53,962 nt of DNA from assembly GCA_964590265.1 (NCBI GenBank), contig CAZPVY010000001.1, forward strand, positions 1 to 53,962. Reading direction: 5' to 3'. Source of the stretch: an uncultured Aquifex sp. (GTDB lineage Bacteria > Aquificota > Aquificia > Aquificales > Aquificaceae). Under the pieces are notes generated by a model. It did not search any database, was not told the DNA's origin, and saw only the letters and a list, made by a program, of their open reading frames with translations. This document shows, in pieces, positions 26,589-36,281 of the stretch. How positions within the stretch are numbered: position 1 is the first letter of the stretch; the number at the start of each line of letters is the position of its first letter. Both the position numbers and the translations under genes were made by a program.

Positions 26589-28031
26589 ATGGAACTTATC
26601 TTTGAGATTTCCAAAAAAGGTAAAAAGGGTTACAGACTGCCAGAAATTGGTGTTAGGAGGGTAGAGCCGAAAGAGGTTATCCCAGAAGAGTTCCTGAGAA
26701 AGAGTCTTGATCTCCCAGAGGTTTCCGAGCTTGACGTTGTCAGACATTTCACGAAGCTGTCCCAGCTCAACCACGCAATAGACACGACGATGGTTCCACT
26801 CGGCTCGTGCACGATGAAGTATAACCCGCGAATAAACGAGGAGCTTGCAAGTATACATGAGTTTCTGAATGTTCACCCTATAACTCCAGAGGAGTTTATT
26901 CAGGGAACTTTACGGATTGCTTACGAGCTTAAGGAACTATTAAAAGAGCTCGGAGGCTTTGCCGATGTTTGCCTTCAACCCGCAGCTGGAGCTCATGGAG
27001 AGTTCCTCGGACTACTTCTTATAATGGCTTATCACAGGGACAAGGGGAATAACCACAAGAAAAAGATACTTATACCTGACTCAGCCCACGGAACGAATCC
27101 GGCTTCTGCTGCAATTTGCGGTTTTGATGTGGTAACTGTTAAAAGCAATAAAAATGGTGAGCTCAGCTGGGATGACTTCATGAAAAAGTTAGACGATGAG
27201 ACAGCTGGTCTCATGATAACAAACCCAAATACTCTTGGAATCTTTGAGAGAAAGGTAAAAGATATGGCTGAGGAACTCCACAAGAGAGATGCTCTGCTTT
27301 ATATGGACGGGGCAAACTTCAACGCGATTGTTGGAGTAGCAAGACCAGGTGACTGGGGCGTGGATGTTATGCACTTCAATCTCCACAAAACCTTCTCAAC
27401 ACCCCATGGCGGAGGAGGTCCTGGAAGTGGACCCATCGGGGTGTCAGAGAGGTTAAAGCCCTACCTTCCCGTTCCACAGGTTGAGTTTGATGGAGAAAGA
27501 TATTACCTCAACTGGAATATCCCAAAAAGCGTAGGCAGCCTCCTTGCTTTCTACGGACATTTCGGAGTATGGCTCAGAGCCCTTGCCTATATCCTCAGCT
27601 ACGGTAGAGAAATTGATAAGGTAGCGAAGCATGCGGTTTTGAACGCCAGATATCTAAGGCATCTTCTGAGGGATGTTTTCAACGATCCGTACTTCCACGT
27701 TCCCTGCATGCACGAGTTTGTTCTGTCGGCTACAAACCTTCTCAAGTACAAAGTGAACGCTATGGGCATTGCAAAGAGACTTCTTGACTACGGATTCTAC
27801 GCACCAACCGTTTACTTTCCTCTTGTGGTAAGGGAAGCACTTATGATAGAGCCTACCGAAACGGAAAGTCCAGATACGCTCAGAAAGTTTGCTAAGGTTC
27901 TGAGAAAGATAGTCAAAGAAGCCAAAGAAAATCCTGATAAGCTGAACAAAGCTCCTTACAGAACACCGGTGGGAAGGATAAAAGAAGCGGAAGCGAACAG
28001 AAAACCTGTTCTTAAATACAGAAGGGGCTGA
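26589..28031 (+). CDS. gcvPB: Glycine dehydrogenase (decarboxylating) subunit 2
   Basis: PLGSCTMKYNP, QPAAGAHGE, SAHGTNPAS, NLHKTFSTPHGGGGPG, MIEPTE. Confidence 0.96.
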   Translation: MELIFEISKKGKKGYRLPEIGVRRVEPKEVIPEEFLRKSLDLPEVSELDVVRHFTKLSQLNHAIDTTMVPLGSCTMKYNPRINEELASIHEFLNVHPITPEEFIQGTLRIAYELKELLKELGGFADVCLQPAAGAHGEFLGLLLIMAYHRDKGNNHKKKILIPDSAHGTNPASAAICGFDVVTVKSNKNGELSWDDFMKKLDDETAGLMITNPNTLGIFERKVKDMAEELHKRDALLYMDGANFNAIVGVARPGDWGVDVMHFNLHKTFSTPHGGGGPGSGPIGVSERLKPYLPVPQVEFDGERYYLNWNIPKSVGSLLAFYGHFGVWLRALAYILSYGREIDKVAKHAVLNARYLRHLLRDVFNDPYFHVPCMHEFVLSATNLLKYKVNAMGIAKRLLDYGFYAPTVYFPLVVREALMIEPTETESPDTLRKFAKVLRKIVKEAKENPDKLNKAPYRTPVGRIKEAEANRKPVLKYRRG

Positions 28032-28040
28032 ACGCCCCTT
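28022..28040. terminator. Hairpin between convergent gcvPB and tpx
   Basis: AAGGGGC-TGAAC-GCCCCTT; weak U-rich tail on the minus (tpx) strand; contains the gcvPB stop. Confidence 0.5.
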
Positions 28041-28044
28041 AAAC

Positions 28045-28557
28045 TTATATCATTGATTTTAGCTTTTCTATGACCTCGTCGTAGTTGGGTTCTTGGGTAA
28101 TTTCAGGAACAAGCTGTTTGTAGACAATATTGCCTTCAGTATCAACTATGAAAATAGCCCTTGCGAGTATTCCTTTGAGAGCTCCTTCGGCTATGAGTAC
28201 TCCATACTTTTCCATGTCCCTGTACCTAAAGTCAGAGGCAACAGTAATGTTTCCTATATTGAAGCTCTCACAGAATCTCTTCTCTGCAAAGGGAAGATCC
28301 ATAGAAACTACCGTAACATCAACCTTGTCTCCGAGCTGAGCGACCATTTCGTTGAACTTCTTTGTTTCCATTTCACATACGGGAGTATCAAGAGAAGGAA
28401 CGGTTATGATCAGCTGAACCTTTCCTTTTGCTCCACCTATTCTTTTCTCTGCAAGATCCTTGGTTACGACAACAGCCTCAGGTGCAGGATCTCCAACATT
28501 AAGGGCTGGTCCAACAAGGCTAACTGTATTTCCTTTAAGGGTTACTGTCTCTGCCAT
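28045..28557 (-). CDS. tpx: Thiol peroxidase (atypical 2-Cys peroxiredoxin)
   Basis: VPSLDTPVC, SMDLPFA..RFC, LARA, EPNY. Confidence 0.96.
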   Translation of the reverse strand: MAETVTLKGNTVSLVGPALNVGDPAPEAVVVTKDLAEKRIGGAKGKVQLIITVPSLDTPVCEMETKKFNEMVAQLGDKVDVTVVSMDLPFAEKRFCESFNIGNITVASDFRYRDMEKYGVLIAEGALKGILARAIFIVDTEGNIVYKQLVPEITQEPNYDEVIEKLKSMI

Positions 28558-28579
28558 GATATTTACCTCCTCTTTGATT

Positions 28580-28600
28580 TGTTGAGAAATTTTATCAACA
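28580..28600. promoter_or_regulatory. Fur/PerR-like palindromic operator over the tpx extended -10
   Basis: TGTTGAGAAA-T-TTTATCAACA (9 of 10 positions paired); the minus strand contains TGATAAAAT. Confidence 0.6.
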
Positions 28601-28645
28601 GAGATTAAGTTTTTTGATGTCTTTTGTCATATAATAGTTCCTCCT

Positions 28646-28981
28646 ATGGAGGAGAAAACTTACATAGGGATAGAGGATTTCCTGAAGGTTGACCTGAGAC
28701 TTGCGAAGATACTCTCTGCTGAGAGAGTAGAAGGATCAGACAAGCTGATAAAGCTTAGAGTCTCCCTCGGTACTGAAGAGAGAACCATCGTCGCAGGAAT
28801 TGCCAAATTTTACTCTCCGGATGAGCTTATAGGGAAGAAGATACTCATTGTAGCCAACCTCAAGCCACGGAAGATATTCGGCATAGAGTCTCAGGGGATG
28901 ATACTCGCACTTTCCAACGGAGAGAGAATGTCCTTAATTGTACCGGACAGGGACATTGAAGAGGGAGCAAAAGCGAGCTAA
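28646..28981 (+). CDS. Trbp111-like tRNA-binding OB-fold protein (free-standing MetRS C-terminal domain)
   Basis: 111 aa; IEDF.KVDLR, SDKL, RTIVAGI, NLKPRK..GIESQGM. Confidence 0.9.
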   Translation: MEEKTYIGIEDFLKVDLRLAKILSAERVEGSDKLIKLRVSLGTEERTIVAGIAKFYSPDELIGKKILIVANLKPRKIFGIESQGMILALSNGERMSLIVPDRDIEEGAKAS

Positions 28982-28982
28982 C

Positions 28983-30242
28983 TCAGGAATTCCTGTATAA
29001 ACAAACCCGATTCCTGCCTGTTCTTTTCGCCTCGTAAAGTGCTTCATCTGCCATATTGATCAGAGCTTCCTTTTCAAAGTTACCGGAGGGTATCAGAGAA
29101 GCCACACCTATGCTGACAGTTACATACTTGGAAACCTTGGAGGCAGGATGGGAGATCTTGAAATTTTCTATGTCCTTTCTTATCCTCTCTGCTATTTTTC
29201 TTGCAAGTTCAAGGTTTGCTTCCGGAATTATGACGGCAAACTCTTCTCCTCCATATCTTGAAACGAGGTCTATATTGCTTCTGACGTGTTTGTTTATGAT
29301 CTGAGCGACTCTCTTTAAACATTCATCACCTTTAAGATGTCCGAACATATCGTTGTAGTTTTTGAAGAAATCAATGTCTATCATGAGAAGAGAGAGCGGA
29401 CGACCGATCCTTTTTGCTCTTTCCCACTCCTGTCTCAGGTATTCTTCAAACTTCAATCTGTTTGCTACTCCTGTGAGCCCGTCTATGTAAGATATGTCTC
29501 TGAGCTTCAGATTCAGCTGTTCCGTCTTTCGTTTTTCAAGAGCGAGGAGCATGGTAAGAAGGAAGTCCTTCCTGCTGTGCCTTTCCAAGAGATAGCTGAC
29601 AGGGAGCCCTATAAGATTTGAGGAACCCAGGAAGAACATGTTCGTTAGAAGCTGCTCGGTTGATGTTCTGACAAGGTAAATGTCAACCACAGGGTACAGG
29701 GCTGTAATCGTCAATGCACTCAATGAAGCGTAGTAGAACCTCATGGCAGAGAAAGTATAGGCATAAAACACTACAAGCATTAAACCCGCGTAATAGAGAA
29801 AGGCTCTATCAGATGGTGCAACGTATATCATTGCAATTATTCCAAGTCCTCCAAGGATTACAACAAGTGCATGGGCTATCTGCAGAAGATTCTCTTGCCT
29901 TACTTTAAAGGTCATCAGCAGGAAAGCTATGCCTATGGGACAGATCACCACATACCTTATGAACCACAAAGTTTTCTTTGTTTCCGGGAATATGATGGCA
30001 TCAAGTATGCCAAAGAGTGCGTAGAGAATGATGCTCAGCAGTATGGCAATCCTGATATGCCCTATAAATTTGTGAAGGTAGTAATTTAGAAAAGCCTCTT
30101 CAATTATTGGGGAGAACTTAAGTGGGTTGAGACCCTTTCTGAACTCGCGATCTATTTGAGATTCATCCTTTATCGCAAGAACATCAAAGAATCTCTCAAA
30201 TTCCTCAAGTAAGCCTCTGTCTTCAGATTCTTCTTTTTCCAT
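28983..30242 (-). CDS. Membrane diguanylate cyclase (6-TM anchor + GGEEF domain)
   Basis: DGLTGVANR, DIDFFK.YND..GH..GD, RYGGEEF, TVSIG, AD.ALY.AK..GRN; ATG 30242 or TTG 30260 start. Confidence 0.92.
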   Translation of the reverse strand: MEKEESEDRGLLEEFERFFDVLAIKDESQIDREFRKGLNPLKFSPIIEEAFLNYYLHKFIGHIRIAILLSIILYALFGILDAIIFPETKKTLWFIRYVVICPIGIAFLLMTFKVRQENLLQIAHALVVILGGLGIIAMIYVAPSDRAFLYYAGLMLVVFYAYTFSAMRFYYASLSALTITALYPVVDIYLVRTSTEQLLTNMFFLGSSNLIGLPVSYLLERHSRKDFLLTMLLALEKRKTEQLNLKLRDISYIDGLTGVANRLKFEEYLRQEWERAKRIGRPLSLLMIDIDFFKNYNDMFGHLKGDECLKRVAQIINKHVRSNIDLVSRYGGEEFAVIIPEANLELARKIAERIRKDIENFKISHPASKVSKYVTVSIGVASLIPSGNFEKEALINMADEALYEAKRTGRNRVCLYRNS

Positions 30243-30534
30243 TAGAAAGCTTCTCTTCAATCATCCTTATTATTTCATCATAGGTATCCCTCACTTCTTG
30301 AGCAAGCTCAACAATATTCCTCACGCCAGTTGACATCGCTCGCTCAAAGAGAGGCATGACCTCATTCTCAAGTATGTATTTGTACTCCCTGAGATCAAAC
30401 TCAAGCTCATCAAGCTCAAGCTCATCTATCAAGTTCGCATACTCTTCCTTTCTGATCCTTGCGGATATAAGCAGATGCTTCAGCTCAGCCTTTATGTCTC
30501 CTCTATCAAGACCAGCTTTTCTGAAATCTGCCAT
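30223..30534 (-). CDS. Hypothetical acidic helical protein
   Basis: 103-aa ORF with GAGGAGG SD, 11 nt after ribBA, overlapping the cyclase start. Confidence 0.75.
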   Translation of the reverse strand: MADFRKAGLDRGDIKAELKHLLISARIRKEEYANLIDELELDELEFDLREYKYILENEVMPLFERAMSTGVRNIVELAQEVRDTYDEIIRMIEEKLSNGKRRI

Positions 30535-30545
30535 GTCAGCCCTCC

Positions 30546-31763
30546 TCAGATCATGTGTCCCAGCTTATCCTTCTTTGTGGAGAGGTAAACACGGTTGTAA
30601 GGGTTAGGATCAATCTTTATAGGAACCCTTTCAACTATCTCAAGCCCGAAACCTTCCAGAGCAACTATCTTTCTCGGGTTATTCGTCATGAGTTTCATCC
30701 TTCGGACACCGAGGTCAAGGAGTATCTGGACACCCACACCGTAATCTCTGAGATCTGGAGGATATCCGAGTTTCTCGTTCGCCTCAACAGTATCGTATCC
30801 TTTCTCTTGAAGTTCGTAAGCCTTTATCTTGTTTGCTATACCTATTCCTCTACCTTCGTGCCCGAGTATATAAACAAGGACACCTTTGCCTTCTTTTGCT
30901 ATCATCTCAAGAGCTTTCTCAAGCTGGGGTCTACAGTCACATCTCATAGAACGAAATACATCACCGGTGAGACACTCCGAGTGAACTCTGACGAGAACCG
31001 GTTCATCCTCTCTCCACTCACCCATAGTCAAGGCTACCTGCTCTTCCCCTGTCAATTTGTGCCTGTAAGCATGTATCCTAAATGTTCCCCAGGGAGTGGG
31101 GAGATGAGCGCTCGCAACCCTCTCAACAAGTCTTTCCTTCTTCAGTCTATACCTTATCAAATCTGCTATGGTTACTATCTTGAGTCCATGCTCCTTGGCA
31201 AATTCCATAAGGTCGGGAAGTCTCGCCATAGTTCCATCTTCCTTCATTATTTCGCATATAACTCCTGCAGGATAAAGTCCAGCAAGCCTTGCAAGGTCAA
31301 CGGAAGCCTCAGTGTGCCCTGCTCTCTCAAGAACTCCTCCCGGTCTTGCTCTCAGGGGAAAGACGTGTCCCGGTCTTACGAAATCCGACGGTCCTGACTC
31401 AGGACTTATAGCAAGCTTTATAGTTTTCGCCCTGTCATAGGCTGATATTCCTGTTGTCGTTCCATGCTTCGGGTGAGCATCTATGGAAACGCAGAAGTAG
31501 GTTCCCTTTGGATCGGTGTTTCTGTGAGCCATAGGGTAAAGATCAAGCTCCTCACACCTGTCGGGTGGGAGAGAGAGGCAGATCAGTCCCCTTCCATACT
31601 TCGCCATGAAGTTTATAGCTTCAGGAGTAACCTTCTCTGCAGCCATCACGAGATCCCCCTCATTCTCTCTGTCGGGATCGTCCACCACTATGACCATCTT
31701 TCCATTCTTGATATCTTCAATAGCTTCCTCAATCGTATTGAATTTGAAACCTCCCTGCTTCAT
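30546..31763 (-). CDS. ribBA: Bifunctional DHBP synthase / GTP cyclohydrolase II
   Basis: [46 protein letters not shown]. Confidence 0.97.
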   Translation of the reverse strand: MKQGGFKFNTIEEAIEDIKNGKMVIVVDDPDRENEGDLVMAAEKVTPEAINFMAKYGRGLICLSLPPDRCEELDLYPMAHRNTDPKGTYFCVSIDAHPKHGTTTGISAYDRAKTIKLAISPESGPSDFVRPGHVFPLRARPGGVLERAGHTEASVDLARLAGLYPAGVICEIMKEDGTMARLPDLMEFAKEHGLKIVTIADLIRYRLKKERLVERVASAHLPTPWGTFRIHAYRHKLTGEEQVALTMGEWREDEPVLVRVHSECLTGDVFRSMRCDCRPQLEKALEMIAKEGKGVLVYILGHEGRGIGIANKIKAYELQEKGYDTVEANEKLGYPPDLRDYGVGVQILLDLGVRRMKLMTNNPRKIVALEGFGLEIVERVPIKIDPNPYNRVYLSTKKDKLGHMI

Positions 31764-31767
31764 CAAG

Positions 31768-31974
31768 TTACCTCCGGAATTCTTCTAATCTCTTCTTTAT
31801 ACTATCAACGGTCTTATCTATTATGCTTTTCCTATAAGGAGGTTTCTCAACGACTGTAACTTCCCTCCCTGAAAGCTTGCTCACTACCCAATTTATTATT
31901 TCCGGACTCCAGTGGGTGTATGTGTAATCGGCTATCAGAAATAAAAGGACACCATAAACTACATTCCTCAGCAT
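31768..31974 (-). CDS. Small hypothetical protein with an N-terminal transmembrane helix
   Basis: 68 aa; fills the rpsQ-ribBA gap; its 3' end (GGAGGTAA) provides the ribBA SD. Confidence 0.6.
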   Translation of the reverse strand: MLRNVVYGVLLFLIADYTYTHWSPEIINWVVSKLSGREVTVVEKPPYRKSIIDKTVDSIKKRLEEFRR

Positions 31975-32011
31975 AAAGATAAAAATAGGCTTTAGGTGTT
32001 AAAAGAGAAGC

Positions 32012-32311
32012 TCAGGATTGCTCGGACAGTGCCTCTTCAGCCCTCCTTGCTCTCTGAATTATCCTGACAACAACCCATCTCTTGGTTTTTGAAAGAGGTC
32101 TCGTCTCCCTTATCTCAACAATATCTCCAACTCTGCACTCGTTCTTTTCATCATGAGCGTGATACTTCTTGCTCTTTATTATGTGTTTGCCATAGAGCGG
32201 GTGTGGAACTCTCCTGTCCACCCTCACAACAACGGTTTTATCCATCTTGTCAGATACAACTACACCCACTAAGTGCTTTCTCTTTTCATTCCACTTTTTC
32301 TCAGCCATCAT
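32012..32311 (-). CDS. rpsQ: 30S ribosomal protein S17
   Basis: [31 protein letters not shown]. Confidence 0.98.
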   Translation of the reverse strand: MMAEKKWNEKRKHLVGVVVSDKMDKTVVVRVDRRVPHPLYGKHIIKSKKYHAHDEKNECRVGDIVEIRETRPLSKTKRWVVVRIIQRARRAEEALSEQS

Positions 32312-32508
32312 CCTTCACCTCTGAGCTCTTTTTCCCTTATTACCGTCAGAACTCTTGCTATATCTCTTCTCAAGTTTCTGATAGCCATAGGATTATCAAG
32401 TCCCGAAATTTTCTGCTGAAACCTCAGCTTCAGAAGTTCCATCTTAAGTTCATCAGCCTTTTTCCTAAGCTCCTCTATACTCATCTTTCTAAGCTCTGCC
32501 GCCTTCAT
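32308..32508 (-). CDS. rpmC: 50S ribosomal protein L29
   Basis: MKA.ELR, LRFQ, RRDIAR..T. Confidence 0.97.
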   Translation of the reverse strand: MKAAELRKMSIEELRKKADELKMELLKLRFQQKISGLDNPMAIRNLRRDIARVLTVIREKELRGEG

Positions 32509-32927
32509 ACTGTAAATCCTCCAGCCTTAACGAGTCTTGTCCTTATGGGCAGTTTTGCAGATGCAAGCCTGAAGGCTTCCTCAGCTACCTCTTCGGAAAC
32601 GCCGGAGAACTCAAACATTATCCTTCCGGGCTTCACGACTGCAACAAAACCTTCTGGATCTCCCTTTCCTCCACCCATCCTGACCTCGTTAGGCTTTTTG
32701 GTGTAAGGTTTGTCAGGAAATATCCTTATCCAAACCTTGGCACCCTTTCTAAGAGCCCTCACGAGAGCAACTCTTACAGCCTCTATCTGTCTTTGGGTAA
32801 TCCAAGCTCTATCAAGAGCCTGTATTCCATACTCACCAAAAGCTATCTTGTTTCCTCTTAAAGACTTACCCTTTAAGGTTCCTCTCCGCTGTTTTCTGAA
32901 CTTTGTCTTCTTCGGCTGGAGAAACAT
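32505..32927 (-). CDS. rplP: 50S ribosomal protein L16
   Basis: [23 protein letters not shown]. Confidence 0.98.
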   Translation of the reverse strand: MFLQPKKTKFRKQRRGTLKGKSLRGNKIAFGEYGIQALDRAWITQRQIEAVRVALVRALRKGAKVWIRIFPDKPYTKKPNEVRMGGGKGDPEGFVAVVKPGRIMFEFSGVSEEVAEEAFRLASAKLPIRTRLVKAGGFTV

Positions 32928-32928
32928 C

Positions 32929-33627
32929 TTACGACACCTCCTGAGAAGCCTTAGCCAGATCTTCCTCTATCTTTTTCAGCACCTCTTCCTTCCCACCCTT
33001 AAGAATATCTCCTTTGTATATCCACACCTTTACGCTCAGGATACCATACTTCGTGTAAGCGGTTGCAAAGCCGTAATCTATATCAGCTCTGATAGTCTGA
33101 AGAGGCATCCTTCCTACGAGGAACCACTCTCTTCTCGCAAGTTCGGCACCACCTATTCTTCCTTTAACTTGAACCTTTACACCCTTTGCTCCAGCTTTAA
33201 GAGCGTTGTCTATCGCCCTCTTCATCGCTCTTCTGTGAGAGACTCTCCTTTCTATCTGAAGAGCTATATCCTCAGCAACAAGCTGGGCATCAAGCTCAGG
33301 AACCCTAACCTCAGTAACGTTTATAGTAATTTCCTTCCCAGGGATCATCTTTTCTATGGTCTTTTTCAGGAGCTCAACTTCCTGTCCTTTCCTTCCTATG
33401 ATTATCGCGGGTCTTGATGCGTGTATTCTTATCTTGAGCTTATCCACTATCCTGTCTATCTCTACTTTGGATATACCAGCAACCTTATACCTGTTTTTGA
33501 TGTACTCCTTTATCTTCAGGTCTTCATGAAGGGTCTTTGCATACTCTTTCTTTGGAGCAAACCACTTTGAGTCCCACGTCTTTGTTATCCCGAGCCTGAA
33601 GCCTATAGGGTGCGTCTTCTGTCCCAT
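32929..33627 (-). CDS. rpsC: 30S ribosomal protein S3
   Basis: [31 protein letters not shown]. Confidence 0.98.
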   Translation of the reverse strand: MGQKTHPIGFRLGITKTWDSKWFAPKKEYAKTLHEDLKIKEYIKNRYKVAGISKVEIDRIVDKLKIRIHASRPAIIIGRKGQEVELLKKTIEKMIPGKEITINVTEVRVPELDAQLVAEDIALQIERRVSHRRAMKRAIDNALKAGAKGVKVQVKGRIGGAELARREWFLVGRMPLQTIRADIDYGFATAYTKYGILSVKVWIYKGDILKGGKEEVLKKIEEDLAKASQEVS

Positions 33628-33630
33628 TAA

Positions 33631-34029
33631 TCAGTCCTCCTCTACCTCTTGCTTTTCTGCAAGCACAATTGTTATGTGGGAGAGCCTCTTCCTCAGCATT
33701 GTAGCCCTCCCGTAAGCTCTGGGGAGCCACTTCCTGAACATCGGTCCCCTGTCTGCAACCGCCTTCTTGATATACAGCTTGTCAAGATCAAGTCCCTTCT
33801 GTTCAGCGTTAGCTATCGCGCTTTTTAGAACATTTTCAACTATCCTTGCAGCTTTTTTGGGAAGTATCTTCAGAAGATAGAGAGCTTCTCCCACATCTTT
33901 ACCGTGTATCTGTCTGAGCACAAGCCTTGCCTTGAGAGGAGAGATTCTTGCATATCTAAGTATCGCTATCGCTTCTCCTTCTCTGTAACCTTCTCTCTGG
34001 CTTTTATCCTTTATCTTCAACTGTCCCAT
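33631..34029 (-). CDS. rplV: 50S ribosomal protein L22 (N-terminally extended)
   Basis: RISP.KAR, L.SA.ANA, PRA.GRA, SHIT; ATG 34029 follows GAGGTG. Confidence 0.96.
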   Translation of the reverse strand: MGQLKIKDKSQREGYREGEAIAILRYARISPLKARLVLRQIHGKDVGEALYLLKILPKKAARIVENVLKSAIANAEQKGLDLDKLYIKKAVADRGPMFRKWLPRAYGRATMLRKRLSHITIVLAEKQEVEED

Positions 34030-34039
34030 GACATACACC

Positions 34040-34501
34040 TCACTTCTTTTTGACGACCTTGGCGGTCTTGTCAGGATGACCCCTGAAGGTTCTCGTGGGG
34101 GCGAACTCTCCGAGCTTGTGTCCTACCATCTCCTGAGTTATATAAACGGGAACGAAAGTCTTTCCATTGTGAACCGCTATCGTATGTCCAACGAACTCAG
34201 GAATTATGGTTGAAGAACGGGAGTAGGTCTTGACTACCTTTCTTTCCCCGGTTTCATTCATCTGCTTTATCTTCTTCCAGAGTTTTGGATGAACCCATGC
34301 TTTCTTATCAACAAGCTGCCTGAACTGCTCATAGGTCTCCTCGTATTTCTTTATCCTCCTCTCTATCAGCTGGGGATCTCCCTTCTTCTGAGCTTCCCTA
34401 ACCTTTTTGTGAAGTCTGTGTATCCTTTTGTAGAGCTTGTAGAAGGTATCAAGATCCTCTATAAGCCTGTTCCTTTTGTTCCAAGAGCCTTTAAAACCCA
34501 T
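34040..34501 (-). CDS. rpsS: 30S ribosomal protein S19 with an N-terminal extension of about 60 aa
   Basis: [32 protein letters not shown]. Confidence 0.96.
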   Translation of the reverse strand: MGFKGSWNKRNRLIEDLDTFYKLYKRIHRLHKKVREAQKKGDPQLIERRIKKYEETYEQFRQLVDKKAWVHPKLWKKIKQMNETGERKVVKTYSRSSTIIPEFVGHTIAVHNGKTFVPVYITQEMVGHKLGEFAPTRTFRGHPDKTAKVVKKK

Positions 34502-35364
34502 CAGAGCGGCCTCCCATCTCTACGTGTAATGATAAATCTGTCAGAGTACTTCCTACCTCTTCTCGTCTTATATCCCTTAGTCTTCCAACCCCATGGAGAT
34601 TTGGGATGTTTTCCTCTCGTCCTTCCCTCACCACCACCATGGGGGTGATCAACAGGGTTCATAGCCGTTCCCCTTGTATGGGGTCTCCAGCCAAGCCATC
34701 TTGCTCTTCCAGCCTTACCAAGCTTGATAAGCTCATGTTCTGCGAGACCGACCTTTCCTATTGTAGCCATGCATCTTTCATGAACGAGTCTCATCTCTCC
34801 TGAAGGAAGTCTTATCTGGACATAATTGCCTGTTCTTCCGAGAACCTGCGCCTCCGTTCCTGCGGATCTGACCAGCTGTCCTCCTTTTCCAGGAGAGAGT
34901 TCTATGTTGTGTATGATAGTACCGACAGGTATGAACTTCAGGGGCATAGCGTTACCCGGCTTTATCTCTGGAAGTTCCTTACCTGCCATTGCATCTTCAT
35001 AACTTATGGACATTACAGTATCTCCGACCTTCAGTCCTTCAGGCCAGATGATATATCTCTTTTCACCATCCGCGTAGTGAAGCAGAGCAATTCTTGCGCT
35101 CCTAAACGGGTCATACTCTATCGCAGCAACCTTTGCAGGAACAAGGCTCTTATCCCTCTTAAAGTCTATAATCCTGTAGAGCTTTTTATGACCACCTCCT
35201 CTGTGCCTTACTGTTATTTTCCCTTGCTGACGGGATCTTCCCCTAGCCCTATGCCACCATATAACGAGAGATTTCTCAGGTTCCTTCTTCGTTATCTCGG
35301 AAAAGTCATAAAGAACTGCATGTCTCGTTCCATTTGTAACAGGCTTTAACTTTTTAACACCCAT
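34501..35364 (-). CDS. rplB: 50S ribosomal protein L2
   Basis: [33 protein letters not shown]. Confidence 0.98.
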   Translation of the reverse strand: MGVKKLKPVTNGTRHAVLYDFSEITKKEPEKSLVIWWHRARGRSRQQGKITVRHRGGGHKKLYRIIDFKRDKSLVPAKVAAIEYDPFRSARIALLHYADGEKRYIIWPEGLKVGDTVMSISYEDAMAGKELPEIKPGNAMPLKFIPVGTIIHNIELSPGKGGQLVRSAGTEAQVLGRTGNYVQIRLPSGEMRLVHERCMATIGKVGLAEHELIKLGKAGRARWLGWRPHTRGTAMNPVDHPHGGGEGRTRGKHPKSPWGWKTKGYKTRRGRKYSDRFIITRRDGRPL

Positions 35365-35376
35365 TTCCTACACTCC

Positions 35377-35685
35377 TCAGCTTGCAAAGTTAAGCAAATC
35401 TATACTATCACCCGGTTCAAGGGTAACTATTGCCTTCTTCCACTTTTTCGTCCTTCCATACTGTCTGAACCTGCCCATAACCCTCTTCTTCTTAGGCTTC
35501 ACTATCATAGTGTTTACCTTCTTCACCCTGACTCCGAACAACTCCTGCACTGCGTTCTTTATCTCCGACTTTGAAGCATCAAGAGCCACCTCAAAGGTGT
35601 ACTTGTTGTGATCCTCCATAAGCCTGTTGCTTTTCTCCGTTATCACCGGTCTGATAATTATTTCGTAAGGTCTTCTCTGACTCAT
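35377..35685 (-). CDS. rplW: 50S ribosomal protein L23
   Basis: PVITEKS, KYTFEV, KKAIVTL. Confidence 0.97.
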   Translation of the reverse strand: MSQRRPYEIIIRPVITEKSNRLMEDHNKYTFEVALDASKSEIKNAVQELFGVRVKKVNTMIVKPKKKRVMGRFRQYGRTKKWKKAIVTLEPGDSIDLLNFAS

Positions 35686-36281
35686 GATTCCACCCTCTTG
35701 TAAATTCCTTCAAGGGCTTCCTTTACAATTACAAGCCTGTCACTCCAGAGGATGTCGTAAACGTTGAGACCTTCGCTCGTCAAAACTCTGACGTTCGGAA
35801 GATTTCTGAAAGACTTATAAATCACCTCATCCTTCTGAGGTATAACTATGAGAACTTTTTCAGAATCAATCTTTTGCTCCTTCAAGAACTCAAATGCTCT
35901 CTTTGTCTTAGGTGTGTCTCCGAGATCTATATTATCAACTATAACAACTGCCTTGTTCTGAGCCTTGTCCGAGAGAGCCATTTTCAAACCAAGCTTCCTT
36001 ACCTTCTTTGGAAGAGGATACCAGTAATCTCTAGGTTTCGGTCCATGAGCAACACCACCACCCACAAGAATATTGGCTCCTCTGTCTCCACGTCTTGCAT
36101 GACCCGTGCCTTTCTGAGGAAGGAGTTTCCTACCGCTGTAAGCTACCTCTCCTCTTGTCTTTGTAGAATGAGTTCCCTGCCTCTTACTCGCAAGTTGCCA
36201 CTTCACCACTTCCCAAAGAACATGCTTCTTAACCTTAACGTTGAAGACGTCGTCCCTTACTTCCACTTCACCTATCTTCAT
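35682..36281 (-). CDS. rplD: 50S ribosomal protein L4
   Basis: [28 protein letters not shown]. Confidence 0.97.
   Translation of the reverse strand: MKIGEVEVRDDVFNVKVKKHVLWEVVKWQLASKRQGTHSTKTRGEVAYSGRKLLPQKGTGHARRGDRGANILVGGGVAHGPKPRDYWYPLPKKVRKLGLKMALSDKAQNKAVVIVDNIDLGDTPKTKRAFEFLKEQKIDSEKVLIVIPQKDEVIYKSFRNLPNVRVLTSEGLNVYDILWSDRLVIVKEALEGIYKRVES

Noticed and set aside
26538-26876. 112-aa minus-strand ORF upstream of flagellin
   Set aside because: It is antisense to the conserved gcvPB N-terminus and has no recognisable features
30223-30260. Programmed frameshift fusing the 103-aa ORF to the diguanylate cyclase
   Set aside because: No canonical slippery heptamer or downstream structure is apparent, and short overlaps are the norm in this window
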